Of a stretch of DNA of 55,575 nt, positions 49,279 through 55,575 are shown piece by piece. Every line of letters starts with the position of its first letter. Position 1 is the stretch's first letter. Under the pieces are notes generated by a model. The model had not been told where the DNA came from. It did no database searches and saw only the letters and a program-made list of their open reading frames with translations. This DNA is from Desulfobacterales bacterium (GTDB lineage: Bacteria; Desulfobacterota; Desulfobacteria; Desulfobacterales; UBA5616): the NCBI GenBank assembly GCA_046483495.1, contig JAWODC010000061.1, forward strand, positions 1 to 55,575. Direction: 5' to 3'. A program made the position numbers and the translations under genes.

Positions 49279-50887
49279 TCTTGAAACCCTCATTAATGTA
49301 ATCCGCCCATTCCCATTTTATGCCGCCGTTTTTGCGGGTATATGTGAGATAATTCTGTTCAACGGCGAATGTCAAGGTCCTGCAGATCGCGTCAAGGCCA
49401 CATGTTCGCTTGCTTTGCGGTTCATAAGTTCGAACGGCCAGGTTTGCCAGTTGCAGGATGAAGGCTTCATCTGAATCGGCCGGGCTGAAGGGCTTCAGCC
49501 GTTCGATGGTTCTGTCCATAAAGAGATCATATATCAGTACCGTGTGTTCCAAACGGGTCAACGGCCATAGTTCATCGGCCGTACCCCCGCCGTTCTTCCT
49601 GAGGGCCGCCAGTCGTCTCAGGTGGAGATCGTATTTTTCCTCCCAGCCGATTACGATGTCATTCATCATTTTTGCATTTACCGCAGAGGTCTCCACAACG
49701 GCCCGATTTGCATGATATCGGCGCCAGTCGTTCGTAAGGATTTTTAGATCGTATCGGTCGATGTTTTCCCGAATTTCGGTTCCCGGAAACGGTGCCAGGA
49801 TGTGAAAACCATGCTGGACCCCCATTTTGCGCAGGACTTGACCAAATTCGATGGAGTCTTGCATGGTCTCCGGGGTTTCTCCGGGCAGCCCGAGGATAAA
49901 GGATGCCTGCGGTGAAAGCCCTGCATCGAGACACATCCGGACGGCATCGATCACCTGCCGGCGCGTTATGCCTTTTTTGATCCGTTTAAGCATTTCCGGG
50001 TTGCCGGATTCCACCCCGAAACTCACGGTATGGCATCCGGCCGCTTTCATCTTCTTCAGAATTTCTCCGGAAACCGTATCCACACGGGCGAATGAGGTCC
50101 ATTGGACATTCAGTCCCCGATTGATGATTGCGTCACAAACGTTGGTGCAATGAATTGTATTGGCGGTAAAAAGATCGTCGGCCAAATTGATCTGGTGAAA
50201 TCCCATGCGGCTTAACTGTGACATCTCATCTGCAACGCTTACCGGGTTTCGATAACGAACTCCGGCGCCGACCATTTTTCGGCCCACGCAGAAAATGCAC
50301 TGAAAAGGGCATCCGCGGCTGGAGGTCATGCTCACCGGCATTCCCAGAGCCCTGTATCTTCCCAGTGGGATATGATGCCGTGCCGGTAAGGGCAGCCGGT
50401 TGATATCGACCGGCTTTCGGCTGCCGGTGATGTGGATGTGTTCACCGTTTCGAAAGGCAATACCTTCGACGGCGGCGAAATCGGTATTTTGCTCAATGGA
50501 TTTAACGAGATGGACAATGGTGTTTTCCCCTTCTCCCCTGACGATAACATCCAATTCCGGAAAGGCGGACAGCGTCGGTTCGACGTTAAAGCTTACATGG
50601 GGTCCGCCCATTACCGTAGCAATTTCCGGATTGATGTTTTTGGCGTCACGAATGACCCTTATGGCGTTGTCAAAGCTCATTGTCACACAGGTTGCACCCA
50701 CGACATCCGGTGAGAACCGATTGATATGATATTCCAGGATCTTTCGTGAATATGGAAATACGACGAAATCGAGAAGTTTCACCTCGATTCCGGCTTGTTC
50801 CAGAACCGCGGCGATAAACCCGAGGCCCAATGGCGGCGAGGGGGTTTCATCGATAGGGTATTGCGGGTTGATCAATAGCACACGCAT
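49265..50887 (-). CDS. cobalamin-binding radical SAM protein
   Basis: VLLINP..PPLGL, VMGGPHVS, SRGCPFQCIFC and FGVESG. Confidence 0.92.
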   Translation of the reverse strand: MRVLLINPQYPIDETPSPPLGLGFIAAVLEQAGIEVKLLDFVVFPYSRKILEYHINRFSPDVVGATCVTMSFDNAIRVIRDAKNINPEIATVMGGPHVSFNVEPTLSAFPELDVIVRGEGENTIVHLVKSIEQNTDFAAVEGIAFRNGEHIHITGSRKPVDINRLPLPARHHIPLGRYRALGMPVSMTSSRGCPFQCIFCVGRKMVGAGVRYRNPVSVADEMSQLSRMGFHQINLADDLFTANTIHCTNVCDAIINRGLNVQWTSFARVDTVSGEILKKMKAAGCHTVSFGVESGNPEMLKRIKKGITRRQVIDAVRMCLDAGLSPQASFILGLPGETPETMQDSIEFGQVLRKMGVQHGFHILAPFPGTEIRENIDRYDLKILTNDWRRYHANRAVVETSAVNAKMMNDIVIGWEEKYDLHLRRLAALRKNGGGTADELWPLTRLEHTVLIYDLFMDRTIERLKPFSPADSDEAFILQLANLAVRTYEPQSKRTCGLDAICRTLTFAVEQNYLTYTRKNGGIKWEWADYINEGFKNDPI

Positions 50888-50931
50888 GCGCAGGCCTTCT
50901 CTTGATGATGAGCAAGCTTTTATAGCCGGAA

Positions 50932-50965
50932 AAAAATGGGGTCCGTCATTTCGGACCCCATTTTT
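50932..50965. terminator. intrinsic terminator-like hairpin between fhs and the radical SAM gene
   Basis: AAAAATGGGGTCCG-TCATTT-CGGACCCCATTTTT. Confidence 0.7.
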
Positions 50966-51092
50966 ACGGCATGTAAATTATATTAGAAATAAAAGTTCCG
51001 ACATCAACGGCGGCATCGACACGCACCTATCGATAAACATGCGCCGTTTTCAACAGGACGTATATTGCCCTTAAACGCGATTGAGACGCCAT

Positions 51093-52856
51093 TTAAAAGA
51101 GCCCCGAAACTTTACCGGTTGCCGGATCGACGTCAACTCTTCTGAACGCAGGGTTGGACCCGGTCCCCGGCATCAGGCTGATCGTCCCCGCACAGGGGCA
51201 GAGGAATTTGGCGCCGGAGTAAATCAGAATGTCTCGAATGGGCAGGGTCCATCCCTTTGGGACACCCTTCAGCGTCGGATCATGGGTGAGGCTCAAATGC
51301 GTCTTAACCATCATGGTGGCAAAATCAGCATATTTGGGATCCTCTTCCAGCATTTTGGCTTTTTGCTCGGCTTCAGGTGCCCAGGATACCCCGGCAGCGC
51401 CATAAACTTCTTTTGCGATCACGTCGACACGATCCCGCAGTTTCATGTCCAGAGGATAAAGGAAATCAAAATCGTTTCCTTCTTCACAGGCGTCGATGAC
51501 GGCATCGGCAAATTCAAGAGCGCCTTCTCCGCCGAGTTCCCAGTGTTTGGATTCGGCACAGCGAGCTCCGGCAGCCTCGGCCGCCTTGCGAACGATGGCG
51601 CATTCGGCATCCGTGTCGGTATAGAACCGGTTGATGCAGACCACCGGGTTGATACCGGCTTTCCGAATGATGCCGATCATGTGAACCATATTTTCGATGC
51701 CTTTTTCCACCAGGGCTAAATTCTCTTTGGTGTACTCTTCCGGAAGGGCCTTGCCCGGGACGACCTTGGGTCCTCCGCCATGCATCTTAAGGGCGCGGAT
51801 TGTTGTGGTCAATACGGACACGTGCGGTTTGAGGCCGGAGAAGCGGCATTTTACGTTCCAGAATTTTTCAAATCCGATGTCGGCGGCGAATCCCGATTCG
51901 GTGACGTGGTAATCGAAAAGCTTCAGGCCGACGCGATCGGCGATAATGGACGATTGGCCTACTGCGATATTGGCAAAGGGGCCTGCATGGACAAAGCAGG
52001 GTTGATATTCGGCCGTGCACATCAGCGTCGGGTTGATGGTATTCCGCATGAAGGCGGCCATCGCGTTGCCGACTTCGAGATCGCGGCACGTCACGGGCTT
52101 TCCGCTCTTGTCGAATGCCAGGGTTATATCGTTGATCCTTTCCTTCAAATCGGCCAGGTCCGTTGCCACCGCCAAAATGGCCATGAGCTCCGAACCGACG
52201 GCGATGCCGAATTTGGACTGCATGGTATACCCGTCGAAACGGCCGCCGAGTCCGATTACGATGTTGCGCAGGGCCTGGGCACAGAAATCGATAATCCAGC
52301 CGAATTCCACGCGGGTTGGATCGATGTCCAGCCGGCGCATTCCGGTCAGCCTCTGGAGCTGTTCGTCATTGTAATTCCGCTCGTGCTGCATTCGGGCCGT
52401 CAATGCCACCATCCCTAAGTTGTGGGCGTTCATAATGTCATTGATGTCGCCGGTAAGTCCTAAAGAAAACTCCGTCATCGGAATCAAAAGGGAGTTGCCG
52501 CCGCCTGCGGCGGTCCCTTTCACGTTCATGGTAGGGCCGCCCGAAGGCTGACGCAGGGCGCCGCCCACATTTTTTCCGCGCATTCCCAAACCTTCCATCA
52601 GGCCCACGGATGTCGTGCTCTTTCCTTCTCCCAGCGGTGTGGGGGTAATGGCGGTCACCTCGATGTATTTGCCGTCGGGCTTATCCTTGAGCCGGTCGAT
52701 GACTTTTAGAAAATCGATTTTGGACAGCCGTCCCATGGGAAGCATTTCTTCTTTTAAAAGATTTAGTTTTTCCTGCCAGTCTTCCGGCATGGGCATATTC
52801 TTTTCCGCTTCTTCAGAAATCTGCCAGTCAGCCATTTCTACCGCATTGTAAGCCAT
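51093..52856 (-). CDS. fhs: formate--tetrahydrofolate ligase
   Basis: [35 protein letters not shown] and ALKMHGG. Confidence 0.97.
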   Translation of the reverse strand: MAYNAVEMADWQISEEAEKNMPMPEDWQEKLNLLKEEMLPMGRLSKIDFLKVIDRLKDKPDGKYIEVTAITPTPLGEGKSTTSVGLMEGLGMRGKNVGGALRQPSGGPTMNVKGTAAGGGNSLLIPMTEFSLGLTGDINDIMNAHNLGMVALTARMQHERNYNDEQLQRLTGMRRLDIDPTRVEFGWIIDFCAQALRNIVIGLGGRFDGYTMQSKFGIAVGSELMAILAVATDLADLKERINDITLAFDKSGKPVTCRDLEVGNAMAAFMRNTINPTLMCTAEYQPCFVHAGPFANIAVGQSSIIADRVGLKLFDYHVTESGFAADIGFEKFWNVKCRFSGLKPHVSVLTTTIRALKMHGGGPKVVPGKALPEEYTKENLALVEKGIENMVHMIGIIRKAGINPVVCINRFYTDTDAECAIVRKAAEAAGARCAESKHWELGGEGALEFADAVIDACEEGNDFDFLYPLDMKLRDRVDVIAKEVYGAAGVSWAPEAEQKAKMLEEDPKYADFATMMVKTHLSLTHDPTLKGVPKGWTLPIRDILIYSGAKFLCPCAGTISLMPGTGSNPAFRRVDVDPATGKVSGLF

Positions 52857-53058
52857 TTATCCGTTCCTCCTTTATTAAGTGATGGGTTTTTAACGCAGAT
52901 CAGAAAAAATATTTAGCATCGGTTCCTTCATTTGGCAAGCGATATAACTGTAAACATACCATCCGAAAAGACGTTTCAAGCTCCTCCTGTGTGACGGCAT
53001 ATTCAATCCCGAAAGCAGGTACCTCCTAAAATTTAAAGGGAAAAATGTCAACAGTAAA

Positions 53059-55047
53059 TTACCCGGTTTGAAGCTGATGCAGCCTGAAATAAAATCCTTC
53101 TTTTTTCATCAGTTCATCATGGGTGCCCGTTTCTATAATCTCTCCGTCGTTCAGTACGATGATGCTGTCGGCATTTTTTGCCGTGGACAGCCGATGGGCC
53201 ACCATGATGGAAGTGCGGCCCCGCATGAGCTGCCGAAGTGCATCCTGTATTTTGATTTCGGTTTCCGAATCCACGTAGGAGGTCGCCTCATCGAATATGA
53301 TCAATTCGGGATCGCCGGCAAATGCTCTGGCGATGGAGATCAGTTGACGTTCACCGCTGGATAAGCCGCGGCCGCCTTCATTGAGAACCGTTTCCAAGCC
53401 GTTCGGCAGCTCCCGTATCAGGGCGCTTAAATGTGATGCGGAAACGATCTGTTTTAGCCGATCCGGGGGGATGTCCGGGTTGCCGTAAGCAATATTGTTG
53501 AAAATGGTGTTCGAGAATAAAAAGGGGTCCTGCATCACCAGCGCAATCTTTGCCCTGAGCGTGGACAGGTCAAAGGCGTCAATGGGGGAGCCGTTGATCA
53601 GGATCATGCCCGTATGGGGTTCGTAAAACCGCAGCAAGAGGTTTATCATGGTTGTCTTTCCCGATCCCGTCGGTCCGATGACGGCGAGGGATTTGCCTCT
53701 GTTCAGCTGAAATGAAATATTTTTCAGAACCGGTTCATTGTCGGTGTATCCAAACCAGACCCGGTCGAAGGTGATATGTTCAATTTTTTCTATTCCGGAT
53801 GGAGCGGTCGAGCGGCCCCGTTTTGGACCCGGAAGACGGCCGTCACGGTCAACCGTGTCCAAAACGAGGAATATCCGTTCGGAGGATGCCATGGCGTTCT
53901 GCATGATATTGTACTTTTCGGCAATATCCCGTATGGGTCTGAAAAACATTTTCATATACGTAATAAAGGCCACCAGTTCACCCAGGCTGATCCGCCCCCT
54001 GAGCACACCCGAACCGCCGTACAGAATCACGATGGCCAGCACCACCATTCCAAGGAGCTCGACAACCGGCATGAACAGGGCGAAGACACGGACCTGCCTC
54101 ATGCCGGCCAAATAATATGCATGGTTCAAATGCATAAAACCGCCGTAGTTTCGGGCCTGCTGTGAAAAAAGCTGAATGACATTTATGCCGAGAATGGTTT
54201 CTGAAAAACGGGTGTTTATCTCGGCTATTTTTACCCGCAATTCACGGAATGCTTCTCGTGCGAGACGGGAAAACATCAATGATGTGTAAACCACGAAAGG
54301 CAGTACGGCGAATGAAACCAGGGCCAGGCGGCGATTCATGGCCAGCAGGACTATGGAAATGCCCAGCAGCAGGAAGACGTCCTTGAACAGGAAAGTAACC
54401 ACCGATGTAAACAGGTCATGCATATTTTGGACGTCATTGGTCACGCGGGTCACCAGCCGCCCCGTCGGGTTTTTTGAAAAATAGGACACGGAGAGGTGCT
54501 GTATGTGATCATACAATCGAAGCCGCAGGTCATGCATCATTTTTTGGCCGGTAATTTCCATCACGATGTTCTGCAGGAAATTCAAACCGAAATGGAGGGA
54601 AATCAGCATGAGAAACAACGCCGATATCTGCATGAGACCGGATAGGTTCTGCGCCTGTATGATTTCGAGCTCTTCTTTTGAAAGCTTGACATAATCCGCA
54701 TACCGGATCATTGCCGTTTGGTTTTGACGCAAAAACCAGTGTTCGTGTTTCCGGATAACGGCTTCGATTTTCGGGCCGGTTATGTGAATTTCGAGCCACT
54801 GATCGCCCCCTGCTTTTGGCTCTGAAGTAGGCTGAAACTGTTCCCTCGGCACGATGTGCCGATCGATGGCGATTTTGACGATATAGGGGAAAGAAAGGTC
54901 TAAGGCGGTAATCAGCATCACGAGAAAAATGGAATAGAAAAAGAGTTTGCGAAAGGGGGCGGCAAACGGTGCCAGGCGTTTTAAAAGCTTTACATCATAA
55001 GGGCTTCCCAGCTTTTCATCTTCCGCGTATCCATACTCATCATGCAT
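53059..55047 (-). CDS. ABC exporter (permease + ATPase), MsbA/multidrug type
   Basis: TM domain, GPTGSGKTT, LSSGERQ, FDEAT and AHRLST. Confidence 0.93.
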   Translation of the reverse strand: MHDEYGYAEDEKLGSPYDVKLLKRLAPFAAPFRKLFFYSIFLVMLITALDLSFPYIVKIAIDRHIVPREQFQPTSEPKAGGDQWLEIHITGPKIEAVIRKHEHWFLRQNQTAMIRYADYVKLSKEELEIIQAQNLSGLMQISALFLMLISLHFGLNFLQNIVMEITGQKMMHDLRLRLYDHIQHLSVSYFSKNPTGRLVTRVTNDVQNMHDLFTSVVTFLFKDVFLLLGISIVLLAMNRRLALVSFAVLPFVVYTSLMFSRLAREAFRELRVKIAEINTRFSETILGINVIQLFSQQARNYGGFMHLNHAYYLAGMRQVRVFALFMPVVELLGMVVLAIVILYGGSGVLRGRISLGELVAFITYMKMFFRPIRDIAEKYNIMQNAMASSERIFLVLDTVDRDGRLPGPKRGRSTAPSGIEKIEHITFDRVWFGYTDNEPVLKNISFQLNRGKSLAVIGPTGSGKTTMINLLLRFYEPHTGMILINGSPIDAFDLSTLRAKIALVMQDPFLFSNTIFNNIAYGNPDIPPDRLKQIVSASHLSALIRELPNGLETVLNEGGRGLSSGERQLISIARAFAGDPELIIFDEATSYVDSETEIKIQDALRQLMRGRTSIMVAHRLSTAKNADSIIVLNDGEIIETGTHDELMKKEGFYFRLHQLQTG

Positions 55048-55575
55048 GGTAGGCTCTTTCCATTTCCTGCAGGGCGAATGTTTTGGCGTAATATGGATTC
55101 ACTCGGAGAAGTTCGTTGTGGCTGCCGGAAGCGGCAATCCTTCCTTTTTCGAGTACGATGATCCGGTCGGCGAACCTTACGGCGGCAATGCGGTGAGAAG
55201 CGATAATGATGGATTTGTCTGATCCGAGTGTTTTAATTGTTTCGATCAGTCTGTCTCCGGTCTCCTTGTCCACCTGGCTGACCGGATCGTCAAACAGGAA
55301 GATCGGAGCTTCTTTGAGCAGCGTCCGGGCGAAAACGGTGCGCTGCTTCTGGCCTCCGGATAGGATGATTCCTTTCTCCCCAATAACGGTATGAAGCCCC
55401 TCCCTGAATGAAAGGGCCTCCTTGAAGGAGGCCCGGGTCAACACTTCAGACAGGCGACGGTCCTCGGATGTATCGGATGTAAACGCAATATTGTCCCGAA
55501 GTGTGCCGGCAAAAAGAACGGGTTCTTGCGGCATGTGGGAAATGGCGGACCTGAGGTCCTCCAGGTGAATGTCCC
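55040..55575 (-). CDS. ABC exporter partner subunit, C-terminal part (5' end outside window)
   Basis: PQEP, LSGGQKQR, FDDP (degenerate Walker B) and SHR; overlaps the next gene start. Confidence 0.88.
   Translation of the reverse strand, partial: DIHLEDLRSAISHMPQEPVLFAGTLRDNIAFTSDTSEDRRLSEVLTRASFKEALSFREGLHTVIGEKGIILSGGQKQRTVFARTLLKEAPIFLFDDPVSQVDKETGDRLIETIKTLGSDKSIIIASHRIAAVRFADRIIVLEKGRIAASGSHNELLRVNPYYAKTFALQEMERAYHA

Noticed and set aside
52857..53058. THF or ZTP riboswitch, or a 29-aa uORF (52890-52979), upstream of fhs
   Set aside because: No riboswitch consensus seen; the AGGAGGAG is only 1 nt from the TTG.
1..55575. CRISPR array, tRNA (including selC), rRNA, transposase or integrase genes
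   Set aside because: None recognised by eye; covariance-model scans would be needed to exclude divergent RNAs.

Overview
55.6 kb bacterial window that appears to join two genomes. Bases 1-2049 are AT-richer, Bacteroidota-like DNA with a carotenoid cluster (crtI 3' end, crtB, lycopene cyclase) and a truncated ispH. At a CAG|CTG palindrome (2047-2052) this meets a truncated tex gene on the opposite strand. From 2050 on, gene content suggests an anaerobic Desulfobacterota chromosome (inference). It carries TraB, an orphan NorQ/NorD-like AAA+/VWA pair, an SDR, archaeal-type ADH synthase plus pheA, a ThDP-enzyme/acyl-CoA ligase/Fe-S cluster, a two-component locus, selA, cobA-hemD, polA, priA, a B12 radical SAM enzyme, fhs and ABC exporters. 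Elements not shown by the ORF track: (1) a complete Phe-sensing leader-peptide attenuator (FFGFFGFF; 1:2, 2:3 and 3:4 helices) upstream of ADH synthase-pheA; (2) a DUF1573-like exported protein split by an in-frame UGA at a conserved Cys position, a probable selenoprotein, with selA in the same window; (3) a c-di-GMP-I (GEMM-I) riboswitch upstream of a stand-alone PAS protein; (4) an internally deleted hemC pseudogene; (5) a 142-bp palindromic MITE-like element and a collapsed copy of its ends 23 kb away. No tRNA, rRNA or CRISPR array was recognised. All family assignments are by motif recognition; no searches were run.
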